NCBI RefSeq assembly: GCF_943914685.1
Contig: NZ_CALUCZ010000008.1
Location: 4,109 to 68,108 of the forward strand
Length of the DNA: 64,000 nucleotides
DNA from: an uncultured Mobiluncus sp.
GTDB taxonomy: Bacteria > Actinomycetota > Actinomycetes > Actinomycetales > Actinomycetaceae
Direction: 5' to 3'
Under the pieces are notes generated by a model, which saw only the letters and a program-made list of their open reading frames with translations, did no database searches and was not told the origin of the DNA. The translations under genes were made by a program, and so were the position numbers. Shown piece after piece: positions 54,612 through 64,000 of the stretch; the first letter of the stretch is position 1; each line of letters starts with the position of its first letter.

Positions 54612-57600
54612 TTGGCTACGAAATCCAAAGAATCCTCCACTCACCCTTTCCGGGTGTCTTTTGCCCAAATTGATGAACCGATGGCACCGCCGAATCTGTT
54701 GGCGCTCCAGACCGAATCTTTTGACTGGTTCCTGGGGAATGAAGCCTGGCAGGAGCGCGTCAAGAAAGCCGATGAAACCGGCGATAAGCACGTTCCCCGC
54801 ACTTCGGGCCTGCAGGAAATCCTGAACGAAATGAGTCCGATTGAGGACAACGGCGGCACCATGAGCCTGTCCTTTAAGGACTACACGTTGGAAAGCCCGC
54901 ACTACACCATCGACGAATGCAAGGACAAGGACCTGACCTACAACGCGCCGATGTACGTGACGGCCGAATTCATTACCTATGAAACCGGCGAAATTAAGAC
55001 CCAAACCGTGTTCCTGGGCGAATTCCCGTTGATGACCCCGCGCGGGACTTTCATCGTCAACGGCACCGAGCGGGTGGTCGTGTCCCAGCTGGTGCGTTCC
55101 CCCGGTGTGTACTTTGAAAAGACCGCGGACAAGACCTCGGATCGGGACATTTATCTGGGCAAGGTCATTCCTTCCCGCGGCGCTTGGCTGGAGTTCGAGA
55201 TTGATAAGAAGGACACGGTCGGGGTGCGTATCGACCGCAAGCGCAAGCAGTCCGCCACCATCTTCCTCAAGGCGCTGGGCATGAGCATCGGCGAAATCCG
55301 CGAGGCCTTCAAAGACTTCCCGTTGATGCTGGAAACCCTGGAAAAAGACGGCGCGATTGAAACCCAGGATCAGGCCCTAGAGGACATCTACCGCAAGATT
55401 CGTCCTGGCGAGCCGCCCAGCGTGGAGGCCGGACGTAACCTGCTGCATAACTTTTACACCAACCCCAAGCGTTACGACCTCGCCGAGGTGGGACGCTACA
55501 AAATCAATAAGAAACTCGGCGTGGAGCGGGAAATGGGCGAGCGCACCCTGGACCTGACCGACATTGTCGCCGCGTTCCGCTACCTGTTGGCGTTGCGTGC
55601 CGGGGACGACACGGTCAAGGTCAAAGACGCGGCCGGCAAAGAAACCGAACTGCGCATCAAGACCGACGACATCGACCACTTCGGCAACCGCCGGGTGCGT
55701 CCGGTTGGCGAGCTCATTCAGATGCAGGTGCGCACGGGTATGTCCCGTATGGAGCGCACGGTGAAAGAACGCATGTCCACTCAGGACGTCGAAGCCATCA
55801 CCCCGAACTCGCTCATTAACATTCGTCCCGTCGTGGCAGCCATCAAAGAGTTCTTTGGGACCTCTCAGCTGTCGCAGTTCATGGACCAAAACAACCCGTT
55901 GGCGGGTCTGACGCACAAGCGCCGTCTGTCGGCTTTGGGCCCGGGCGGCCTGTCCCGTGACCGGGCAGGGATGGAAGTCCGTGACGTGCACCCCTCGCAC
56001 TACGGGCGCATGTGCCCGGTGGAAACTCCCGAAGGCCCGAACATTGGTTTGATTGGTTCGCTGGCGACTTTCGCGCGGATTAACCCTTACGGGTTTGTGG
56101 AAACGCCCTATCGCGTGGTTAAGAAAGGCGTTGTCACCAACGAAATCCACTACATCACCGCGGACGACGAAGAGGGCAAGAACATCGCCCAGGCCTCAGC
56201 GCGACTGACTAAGGACGGGCGTTTTGCCGAACCCCAGGTTTTGTGCCGTTCTACCGGCGGCGACCCGGTGCTGGTCAGCCCCGAAGAAGTCGACTTGATG
56301 GACGTTTCGGCTCGCCAGATGGTGTCGGTCGCGACCGCGATGATTCCGTTCTTGGAACACGACGACGCGAACCGCGCTCTGATGGGTGCCAATATGCAGC
56401 GTCAGGCAGTGCCGCTGCTGAAAACCGAGGCTCCGCTGGTGGGCACCGGCATCGAGAAACGCGCCGCGATTGACGCCGGCGACGTGGTTGTCGCCAAGAA
56501 AGGCGGCGTCGTCACCGAGGTCAGCGCCGATTTGGTGCGAGTCCAGGAAGACGACGGTGAAACCCGCGTTTACGCGGTGGAAAAGTTCAAGCGCTCCAAC
56601 CAGGGCAACTGCTATAACCAGCAGGTTATTGTCAACGAGGGCGACCGGGTCGAAACCGGTGACGTCCTGGCTGACGGTCCCGCTACTGACGGCGGAGAGA
56701 TGGCTTTGGGCAAGAACCTGCTGGTGGCCTACATGTCCTGGGAAGGGCTGAACTACGAAGACGCCATCATTTTGAGCCAGCGGGTCGTTTCCGAAGATTT
56801 GCTGACCTCGATTCACATCGAAGAACACGAAATCGACGCGCGCGACACGAAACTTGGCGAGGAAGAAATCACGCGGGACATTCCCAACGTTTCCGAAGCT
56901 GCTCGCAAAGACTTGGACGAACGCGGCATTATCCGTGTCGGCGCCGAAGTTAGCGCGGGCGACATCTTGGTCGGCAAGGTGACCCCCAAGGGTGAAACCG
57001 AACTGACCAGTGAGGAACGCCTGCTGCGGGCCATCTTGGGCGAAAAGGCGCGGGAGGCTCGCGACACTTCGCTGCGGGTGCCGCACGGCGAATCCGGCAT
57101 CGTTATCGGCGTCAAGGAATTCGTGGCCGGTGACTGCGAAGACGCCGCGTTGGGACCCGGTGTGAACCACATGGTTCGCGTCTTTATCGCCCAGCGCCGC
57201 AAGATGACGGTCGGGGATAAGATGGCTGGACGCCACGGCAACAAGGGCTGTGTCTCCAAGATTCTGCCGGTGGAGGATATGCCGTTCCTCGAGGACGGTA
57301 CCCCGGTGGACATTATCTTGAACCCGATGGGTGTGCCCGGTCGTATGAACCTGGGTCAGGTACTCGAGTTCCACTTGGGTTGGCTGGCTCACGAGGGCTG
57401 GGACATTAGTGAAGCTCGCAAGGCCGGTGAGCAGTGGGCTCAGGAGGTTCCGTTGGAGGTTTGCGAACCGGGACAGCACGTGGCGACCCCCGTGTTTGAC
57501 GGTGCGGAGGCTGACGAGATTACCGGCCTGCTGCGCAACACTCGCGTCCGCGACGACTTCGACCGCCCGCTCATCGACGAAATGGGCAAGGCCAAGCTGT

Positions 57601-58121
57601 TTGACGGCCGTTCCGGGGAACCTTTCCCGTACCCGATTGCTATCGGCTACAAGTACATGCTGAAACTGCACCACTTGGTTGATGACAAGATTCACGCCCG
57701 CTCTACCGGCCCGTACTCCATGATTACCCAGCAGCCTCTGGGTGGTAAGGCCCAGTTCGGCGGCCAGCGTTTCGGTGAGATGGAGGTGTGGGCTATGGAG
57801 GCGTACGGCGCCGCCTACGCCCTCCAGGAACTGTTGACGGTGAAATCCGATGACGTGCAAGGACGTGTGCGGGTTTACGAATCTATTGTGCGCGGCGAGG
57901 ACCTGCCCCAGCCGGGCATTCCGGAATCTTTCCGCGTGTTGATGCAGGAAATGCGTTCGCTGTGCCTGAATGTTGAGGCGCTGGACGCCGCCGGCAACGC
58001 CATCGACTTGCGTGACGATGACGACGAAGCCGGCCGCGGACCCAACAGTCTCGGCTTTGACCTGGGCAAACGTCCTAACGCCCCCGGCCTTTTGACGACC
58101 GACGAATTCATCAACGCCTAA
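54612..58121 (+). CDS. rpoB: DNA-directed RNA polymerase subunit beta.
   Basis: 1169 aa. 'FAQIDEP...LQTESFDWF' and canonical RpoB blocks. TTG start at 54612. Confidence 0.95.
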   Translation: MATKSKESSTHPFRVSFAQIDEPMAPPNLLALQTESFDWFLGNEAWQERVKKADETGDKHVPRTSGLQEILNEMSPIEDNGGTMSLSFKDYTLESPHYTIDECKDKDLTYNAPMYVTAEFITYETGEIKTQTVFLGEFPLMTPRGTFIVNGTERVVVSQLVRSPGVYFEKTADKTSDRDIYLGKVIPSRGAWLEFEIDKKDTVGVRIDRKRKQSATIFLKALGMSIGEIREAFKDFPLMLETLEKDGAIETQDQALEDIYRKIRPGEPPSVEAGRNLLHNFYTNPKRYDLAEVGRYKINKKLGVEREMGERTLDLTDIVAAFRYLLALRAGDDTVKVKDAAGKETELRIKTDDIDHFGNRRVRPVGELIQMQVRTGMSRMERTVKERMSTQDVEAITPNSLINIRPVVAAIKEFFGTSQLSQFMDQNNPLAGLTHKRRLSALGPGGLSRDRAGMEVRDVHPSHYGRMCPVETPEGPNIGLIGSLATFARINPYGFVETPYRVVKKGVVTNEIHYITADDEEGKNIAQASARLTKDGRFAEPQVLCRSTGGDPVLVSPEEVDLMDVSARQMVSVATAMIPFLEHDDANRALMGANMQRQAVPLLKTEAPLVGTGIEKRAAIDAGDVVVAKKGGVVTEVSADLVRVQEDDGETRVYAVEKFKRSNQGNCYNQQVIVNEGDRVETGDVLADGPATDGGEMALGKNLLVAYMSWEGLNYEDAIILSQRVVSEDLLTSIHIEEHEIDARDTKLGEEEITRDIPNVSEAARKDLDERGIIRVGAEVSAGDILVGKVTPKGETELTSEERLLRAILGEKAREARDTSLRVPHGESGIVIGVKEFVAGDCEDAALGPGVNHMVRVFIAQRRKMTVGDKMAGRHGNKGCVSKILPVEDMPFLEDGTPVDIILNPMGVPGRMNLGQVLEFHLGWLAHEGWDISEARKAGEQWAQEVPLEVCEPGQHVATPVFDGAEADEITGLLRNTRVRDDFDRPLIDEMGKAKLFDGRSGEPFPYPIAIGYKYMLKLHHLVDDKIHARSTGPYSMITQQPLGGKAQFGGQRFGEMEVWAMEAYGAAYALQELLTVKSDDVQGRVRVYESIVRGEDLPQPGIPESFRVLMQEMRSLCLNVEALDAAGNAIDLRDDDDEAGRGPNSLGFDLGKRPNAPGLLTTDEFINA

Positions 58122-58151
58122 GACGGACCGGAAGAAGAGGAAAGAACACAA

Positions 58152-61100
58152 ATGTTGGATGCAAACAAGTTTGACAAGTTGCACATCGGTTTAGCTACCG
58201 AGGACGACATCAATGGCTGGTCCCACGGCGAAGTTAAAAAGCCGGAAACCATCAACTACCGGACGTTGAAGCCGGAAAAGGACGGCTTGTTCGACGAACG
58301 GATTTTCGGGCCGACCCGCGACTGGGAATGCGCCTGCGGCAAGTACAAGCGCGTGCGTTACAAGGGCATTGTCTGCGAACGCTGCGGGGTGGAAGTCACC
58401 CGTTCCAAGGTGCGCCGCGAGCGAATGGGCCACATCAAGCTGGCTGCCCCGGTGACGCATATCTGGTACTTCAAGGGCGTGCCCTCCCGACTCGGTTACC
58501 TGCTCAATATCGCCCCGAAAGACCTGGAAAAGGTCATTTACTTCGCGGCTTACATGATTACCGAGGTTGACGAGGAACGCCGCCACAAGGACCTTGCCGA
58601 TATGCAAAAGGAATCCGACCTGGCTCGTGAACAACTCGAAAAGAACCGCGACCTGGACGTCGAAAAGCGGGCCCAAAAGATGGAACAGGATATGGCGGCG
58701 CTGGAAAAGGACGGCGCCGAGAAATCCGAAATCGACAAGGTCAAGCGCAACGGCGAAAAAGAAATGCGCGCCATTCGCCACCAGGCCGAGTCTGACCTGA
58801 AACTGCATGACGAAGTTTGGGAACGGTTTAAGAGCCTGAAAGTCGGCGACTTGGAGGGCAACGAGCTGGTCTACCGCGAAATGTATGCCCTGTACGGCAC
58901 CTATTTCAAGGGCGGCATGGGCGCCCAGGCGGTGAAGGATCGTCTGGAATCTTTCGACCTGGAAGCTGAGGCCGAGGCCTTGAAAGAGGTCGTGGAGAGC
59001 AAGTCCGGTCAACAGAAAACCCGTGCTCTGAAACGTTTGAAAGTCATTAACGCTTTCCTCCAGACCGGCAAGCCGGCCTCGGCGATGGTGTTGGACTCGA
59101 TTCCGGTCATTCCCCCGGACCTGCGCCCGATGGTACAACTGGACGGTGGCCGTTTCGCGACTTCTGACCTGAACGACCTGTACCGTCGCGTCATCAACCG
59201 CAACAACCGCCTGCGTCGCTTGCAAGACCTGAATGCTCCGGACATCATCGTCAACAACGAGAAGCGTATGCTGCAAGAGGCCGTAGACGCCCTGTTTGAC
59301 AACGGTCGGCGCGGTCGGCCGGTGACGGGTCCGGGCAACCGTCCGTTGAAGTCCCTGTCCGATATGCTCAAGGGCAAGCAGGGGCGTTTCCGTCAGAACT
59401 TGCTGGGCAAGCGCGTGGATTACTCGGGTCGTTCCGTCATTGTGGTCGGTCCGCAGTTGAAGCTGCACCAGTGCGGTTTGCCCAAGACGATGGCTCTGGA
59501 ACTGTTCAAGCCTTTCGTGATGAAAGTGTTGGTGGAAAACGGGGACGCCAAGAACGTCAAAGCTGCCAAGCGTATGGTGGAGCGGCAAAACCCCCAGGTA
59601 TGGGACGTTTTGGACGAGGTTATCACCAACCACCCGGTGTTGTTGAACCGGGCGCCTACCCTACACCGTTTGGGTATCCAGGCTTTCGAGCCGCTGCTGG
59701 TGGAGGGCAAAGCTATTCAGCTGCACCCGCTGGTCTGCGGCGCGTTCAACGCGGACTTTGACGGCGACCAAATGGCTGTCCACGTCCCGCTGTCCGCCGA
59801 AGCCCAAGCTGAGGCCCGCGTGCTGATGCTGTCGTCCAACAATATCCTGAAGCCCTCGGACGGCCGCCCGGTGACCATGCCCTCCCAGGACATGATTATC
59901 GGGATTTACCACCTGACTTCGGACGAAGATCCGGAGATGGTGCATAACCCGCGGTTTGACCCTGACGGCAACCGGGTGTTGAAGTACTATTCCAGCCCCG
60001 CCGAAGCCCGCCTGGCTTACGACAACGATGACCTGGCTTTGCAGGAAACCTGCGTAATCCGTATGGAACCGGGCGACTTACCGCCGGAGGATATGACAAT
60101 GCCGGAGGGGTGGCAGCCGGGAGACCGCTTTGAGCTGGAAACTTCCCTGGGACGGGTTATCTTTAATGACTCGCTGCCGCGCGACTACCCGTTCGTGAAC
60201 TACGTGGTAGAGAAAAAGAAACTCGGCAAAATCGTCAATGACCTGGCGGAACTGTATCAAAAGGCCGATATTGAGGTGTCCCTGGACGCGCTCAAGTCTT
60301 TCGGTTTCCACTGGTCGACTTGGTCGGGGATTACGATTTCTTTCACGGACGTGGTGCCGCCCGCGACCAAGCCGGCCATTTTGGAGAAGTACGAGAACCT
60401 CGCTTCTGACGTGCAAGCCGACTACGACCTGGGTGCCATCACCGAGGACGAACGCTACAGCGCCTTGATTGACCTGTGGCGGGCGTGCACGAATGAAGTG
60501 GCCGAGGAAATGCGCGAGAACTTCCCCGAACGCAACAATGTGTACCGCATGGTGAAGTCCGGGGCGCGCGGTAACTGGTCCCAGATTCAGCAGATTGCCG
60601 GTATGCGCGGTCTGGTGTCCGACCCGAAGCAGCGCCTGATTGAGCGCCCGATTAAGTCGAACTACCGCGAGGGTCTGTCCGTGCTGGAATACTTCATCGC
60701 GACCCACGGCGCCCGCAAGGGTCTGGCGGATACCGCTTTGCGTACCGCGGAATCCGGCTACCTGACCCGCCGTCTGGTGGACGTGTCTCAGGACGTCATT
60801 ATCCGCGAGGAGGACTGCGGGACTCGCAAGGGTCTGACCATTACCATCGGTTCGGTCAATGAAGATGGCCAAGTCGAGCCCGACGAGCTGGTCGAGACCA
60901 CCGCTTTTGCCCGGACCTTGGCTGTTGACGCGGTAGATGAGGCCGGTAACGTGGTGCTTGAAGCCGGGCAAGATGTCGGCGACGTAGCGATTAAGAAGCT
61001 CTTGAAAGCCGGTATCACCCAGATTAAGGTGCGTTCCGTGCTGACCTGCGACGCGGCGATTGGTACCTGTGCCGCCTGCTACGGGCGGTCCCTAGCTACC

Positions 61101-62054
61101 GGCAAGCGCGTAGATATTGGCGAGGCGGTCGGTATTATCGCTGCTCAGTCCATTGGTGAGCCCGGTACCCAGCTGACGATGCGTACCTTCCACACCGGTG
61201 GTGCGGCTTCGGCGGCCGATATTACCCAGGGTCTGCCTCGTGTGCAGGAGCTGTTTGAGGCGCGTACTCCCAAGGGCGAAGCGACCATTACCGAGGCTGC
61301 CGGCCGGGTGAAGATAAACGACGACCCGTCCGGTCCGCGCGAGGTCATCATCACTCGTGACGACGGTAAGGAAGACCTGGTCATCGAGGTGTCTCGCCGC
61401 CAGGCACTGCTGGTTGCGGACGGCGATCACCTGGAGGTGGGCGACCGCCTGACCCAAGGTCCTATTGACCCGAAGAAACTGCTGCGGGTGAAAGGCCAAG
61501 CCGAGACTCAGCGTTCCCTGGTCAACGAAGTGCAGCAGGTTTACCATAGCCAGGGCGTGGATATTCACGCCAAGCACATCGAGGTTATCGTGCGCCAGAT
61601 GCTGCGCCGCGTCACCGTGCTGGAGTCGGGCGACACTATGTTGCTGCCCGGTCAGCTGATCGACCAAGCGAAGTTCCGCGAGGAAAACAAGCGGGTCGTG
61701 GCGCAGGGCAAGCAGCCCGCCTCGGCGCGTTCCGAGCTGATGGGTATCACCAAGGCGTCCTTGGCCACCGATTCTTGGCTGTCCGCGGCTTCTTTCCAGG
61801 AAACCACGAAGGTCTTGACCAACGCGGCGATGGAGGGTATCGACGACCCGCTGTCGGGCCTGAAAGAGAACGTCATCTTGGGCAAGCTGATTCCGGCCGG
61901 TACCGGCCTAGGCCGTTACCGCCGGGTGGAAATCAAGCCTTCCGCGAGCGGTCACGAGGTGCTGATGTCGCAGCTGCCTTACAGCGACACGACCGGATTC
62001 GGACTGTTTGACGACACCGAAGGTAACTTCGACTTTGAACACCCGTGGGGGTAG
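58152..62054 (+). CDS. rpoC: DNA-directed RNA polymerase subunit beta'.
   Basis: 1300 aa. Zn finger '[23 protein letters not shown]', '[12 protein letters not shown]'. Confidence 0.95.
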   Translation: MLDANKFDKLHIGLATEDDINGWSHGEVKKPETINYRTLKPEKDGLFDERIFGPTRDWECACGKYKRVRYKGIVCERCGVEVTRSKVRRERMGHIKLAAPVTHIWYFKGVPSRLGYLLNIAPKDLEKVIYFAAYMITEVDEERRHKDLADMQKESDLAREQLEKNRDLDVEKRAQKMEQDMAALEKDGAEKSEIDKVKRNGEKEMRAIRHQAESDLKLHDEVWERFKSLKVGDLEGNELVYREMYALYGTYFKGGMGAQAVKDRLESFDLEAEAEALKEVVESKSGQQKTRALKRLKVINAFLQTGKPASAMVLDSIPVIPPDLRPMVQLDGGRFATSDLNDLYRRVINRNNRLRRLQDLNAPDIIVNNEKRMLQEAVDALFDNGRRGRPVTGPGNRPLKSLSDMLKGKQGRFRQNLLGKRVDYSGRSVIVVGPQLKLHQCGLPKTMALELFKPFVMKVLVENGDAKNVKAAKRMVERQNPQVWDVLDEVITNHPVLLNRAPTLHRLGIQAFEPLLVEGKAIQLHPLVCGAFNADFDGDQMAVHVPLSAEAQAEARVLMLSSNNILKPSDGRPVTMPSQDMIIGIYHLTSDEDPEMVHNPRFDPDGNRVLKYYSSPAEARLAYDNDDLALQETCVIRMEPGDLPPEDMTMPEGWQPGDRFELETSLGRVIFNDSLPRDYPFVNYVVEKKKLGKIVNDLAELYQKADIEVSLDALKSFGFHWSTWSGITISFTDVVPPATKPAILEKYENLASDVQADYDLGAITEDERYSALIDLWRACTNEVAEEMRENFPERNNVYRMVKSGARGNWSQIQQIAGMRGLVSDPKQRLIERPIKSNYREGLSVLEYFIATHGARKGLADTALRTAESGYLTRRLVDVSQDVIIREEDCGTRKGLTITIGSVNEDGQVEPDELVETTAFARTLAVDAVDEAGNVVLEAGQDVGDVAIKKLLKAGITQIKVRSVLTCDAAIGTCAACYGRSLATGKRVDIGEAVGIIAAQSIGEPGTQLTMRTFHTGGAASAADITQGLPRVQELFEARTPKGEATITEAAGRVKINDDPSGPREVIITRDDGKEDLVIEVSRRQALLVADGDHLEVGDRLTQGPIDPKKLLRVKGQAETQRSLVNEVQQVYHSQGVDIHAKHIEVIVRQMLRRVTVLESGDTMLLPGQLIDQAKFREENKRVVAQGKQPASARSELMGITKASLATDSWLSAASFQETTKVLTNAAMEGIDDPLSGLKENVILGKLIPAGTGLGRYRRVEIKPSASGHEVLMSQLPYSDTTGFGLFDDTEGNFDFEHPWG

Positions 62055-62187
62055 GGTCGAAAATGCCCGGTGAGCTGTGATTACAGGGCTGAATCGGGTT
62101 TAATTCAATAGTTTTGGGGTTCCCGGTTCGCTAGCTGCGGTTGGCGGACCGGGAACTTCAAGTTTCCGACTTCAGGTTGATAGGGTT

Positions 62188-63603
62188 ATGGCTATGGGAA
62201 TGATAGATAAGGCCAAAGGGATGGTTCAGGCGGTAAAGTCTGGTGCCTCCGGTGACGAGTCGAGCGATGCCGTTGAGATGGGGGACACCGTAGAGGTAAA
62301 GGCGTCAGAGGTGAAAGCCTCCGGCTTGGCTGCCTGGCCTACTGGGATGCGCTTCGCTCTCGCACTGGCTGCCAGCGCGTTGATCATATTTCTTTTGGCG
62401 CAGATAGCCGGGGTGTTCATGCCGACTTTCCTGGCGTTTTCGCTGGCTTTGGCAGTTCGCCCGGTTTCGGAGTGGCTGATTCGTCACCGCTGGCCGGTGG
62501 GTTTGGCTGCTTTGGTGAACATCGTGCTGCTGTTCGCCATTCTCTTTGTCATGCTGGGGTTGATTGCGATTGCCATCACCGCGATGGTTACCGAACTGCC
62601 TCGCTACGGTTCAAAGTTCCAGGCACTCTATGTGCAAGCCATCAACCAGTTGGATCAGCGTGGCTTCGACACTTCCGCCGTGTTGGATTCCTGGAAGAAC
62701 GTGGATATCAACCGGGTATTTTCCTATCTGTCCGGTTTTGCTAACCAGATTAGCGGCGCGGGAACCACCCTGTTCTTTATCATCATGGTGGCGATTTTTG
62801 TGGTCGGAGACATCGTGGTGGTGCGCCGCCGCGCCGCTGAGCTGGCTTCCTACGCGCCAGGTTTCGCCATCGCGTTGCGCAACTTTTCCCTGCGGGTGCG
62901 GACCTACTTCCTGATGACCACCGTTTTTGGTGCTGTCGTGGCGCTGGTGGACGTCGGAATTCTCTATGTGTTTGGTGTGCCGACCCCCTGGACCTGGGGT
63001 ATCCTCGCTTTCGTCGCGAACTACATTCCCGCGGTGGGATTCATTCTGTCCATGATTCCCCCGATTTTGCTGGCCTTGGCACTGGGCGGAGTGTGGCCGG
63101 CCGTCGGGGTCTTCATCGGTTACATGGTCGCGTCACTGCTGTTCTTGAACATTTTGCAGCCCCGCATCGCCGGTAACGCGGTGGGTTTGAACGCTACAGT
63201 TTCTTTCCTATCTTTGATGGTGTGGTCTACGGTCATGGGACCGCTCGGCGCGATTCTGGCGGTGCCCCTCACGCTGTTCTTTAAAGCTATCTTTGTGGAC
63301 TCCGACCCGCGCACGGCCTGGATTGATGTGTTCTTCCGCCCCTCCGATGAGCCCACCTCCCTGGTGGTGAGCCGTAAATTCCGTGACCGTGACGGTGACG
63401 ATTTAGACGACGCCACCGGGAAACCCCGGAGCATCGATACGCGGTTGCGCGAGGAACAGATCCAGGACGCGGCAGAGAAAGAGCGCGCCCGGGCGCAAGC
63501 GACCCTGGAGGCGCTGAACCAGGAAGCTTTAGAGCAAGCTGCGCAAAAGGCTGAAAAAGATAAGGCCAATAAGGCCGAACCCTGTGAGAAAACCGAGGAA
63601 TAG
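62188..63603 (+). CDS. AI-2E family transporter (second copy in the window) with a charged C-terminal tail.
   Basis: 471 aa. AI-2E TM topology and a K/E-rich C-terminus. Confidence 0.75.
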   Translation: MAMGMIDKAKGMVQAVKSGASGDESSDAVEMGDTVEVKASEVKASGLAAWPTGMRFALALAASALIIFLLAQIAGVFMPTFLAFSLALAVRPVSEWLIRHRWPVGLAALVNIVLLFAILFVMLGLIAIAITAMVTELPRYGSKFQALYVQAINQLDQRGFDTSAVLDSWKNVDINRVFSYLSGFANQISGAGTTLFFIIMVAIFVVGDIVVVRRRAAELASYAPGFAIALRNFSLRVRTYFLMTTVFGAVVALVDVGILYVFGVPTPWTWGILAFVANYIPAVGFILSMIPPILLALALGGVWPAVGVFIGYMVASLLFLNILQPRIAGNAVGLNATVSFLSLMVWSTVMGPLGAILAVPLTLFFKAIFVDSDPRTAWIDVFFRPSDEPTSLVVSRKFRDRDGDDLDDATGKPRSIDTRLREEQIQDAAEKERARAQATLEALNQEALEQAAQKAEKDKANKAEPCEKTEE

Positions 63604-63756
63604 CAATCCGGCCTGCTGATTTCGCCCGGTGGCAGGTCAGGAGTGTTACCGGTTCACCAGGCCGGTGGGCTCTATCTCGGGTCGATGGGAGTTGTCGGCG
63701 GCCTAGCTATTGCGGGCAAACCGAGTCTGCAAGATTGCACTAGGTTGGTGCACAAG

Positions 63757-64000
63757 CTCGGGTGGTCAGGATTTCGTGTCGGGGGAGTCCGCAGGGTCCG
63801 GCGGATTTTCCGGGTCTGTAGGTTTCTCTGAGTCGGACTTTTCGTCCGGGCGGGGTTGGAGTTTTTCGTCCTCTTTCTCCCGCTTCTTGCGTTCGTATTC
63901 CTCACGCTGTTTCTCGCGCAGTTTCCGACTGACTTCCTCGAGGAATTCCGGGTCGTCGTCAGGAGCGCTGGGTTGCTTCGGGGCAGGCTTTCGCCCGAAA
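63757..64000 (-). CDS. Partial hypothetical protein (C-terminal approx. 80 aa, K/E/P-rich). The N-terminus lies beyond the window end.
   Basis: The reverse-complement frame reads '...GRKPAPKQPSAPDDDPEFLEEVSRKLREKQREEYERKKREKEDEKLQPRPDEKSDSEKPTDPENPPDPADSPDTKS*', with the stop at 63757-63759. Low complexity, so weak support. Confidence 0.3.

Noticed and set aside
56196-59633. 662-aa and 480-aa minus-strand ORFs antisense to rpoB/rpoC.
   Set aside because: These are long stop-free antisense frames in high-GC genes. rpoB/rpoC identity is unambiguous.

Overview
This window looks like a high-GC actinobacterial chromosome segment with about 55 protein genes and one tRNA; there is no rRNA, CRISPR array, integrase or transposase. 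The core genes, in order, are: a partial NarL-type sensor kinase, a Bax-inhibitor/YccA membrane protein, a GNAT acetyltransferase, an AI-2E transporter, and an acidic hypothetical protein. A minus-strand cluster follows, with a DedA protein, a large FAD/Fe-S oxidoreductase and a secreted trypsin-like protease with CWB2 repeats. Next come an MMPL transporter carrying a coiled-coil tandem-repeat insertion, a DUF4282 membrane protein and pntAB. Between pntB and sodA (about 19.5-29.0 kb) lies a visibly lower-GC accessory island. It encodes a WYL (BrxR/CapW-like) regulator with a perfect palindromic operator, divergent from a co-directional gene string: a tandem-AAA+ (CbbX/SpoVK-type) ATPase, a 277-aa unknown, a structured non-coding region flanked by 23-nt inverted repeats lying immediately upstream of and overlapping a reverse transcriptase (retron-like msr/msd), a small ORF, a signal-anchored FG-GAP-like protein, an AT-rich unknown and a calcineurin-like phosphoesterase. 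I consider this a candidate undescribed RT-based defence system. After sodA comes tRNA-Ser(GGA), then a BrnT/BrnA toxin-antitoxin pair bracketed by two copies of a hairpin-containing repeat family; a third copy sits at 6.4 kb, and the hairpin stems differ between copies while staying complementary. The rest of the window is an Opp/Dpp-type ABC importer, typA, VanW, fdxA, citrate synthase, dapD, a CWB2+CAP secreted protein, radA, menA, a CoA-disulfide-reductase-like enzyme, a small Cys-rich ORF, a low-GC FemAB/DegT pair, aldose 1-epimerase, rpoB, rpoC and a second AI-2E transporter. All identifications rest on reading motifs in the supplied translations; no database searches were run.
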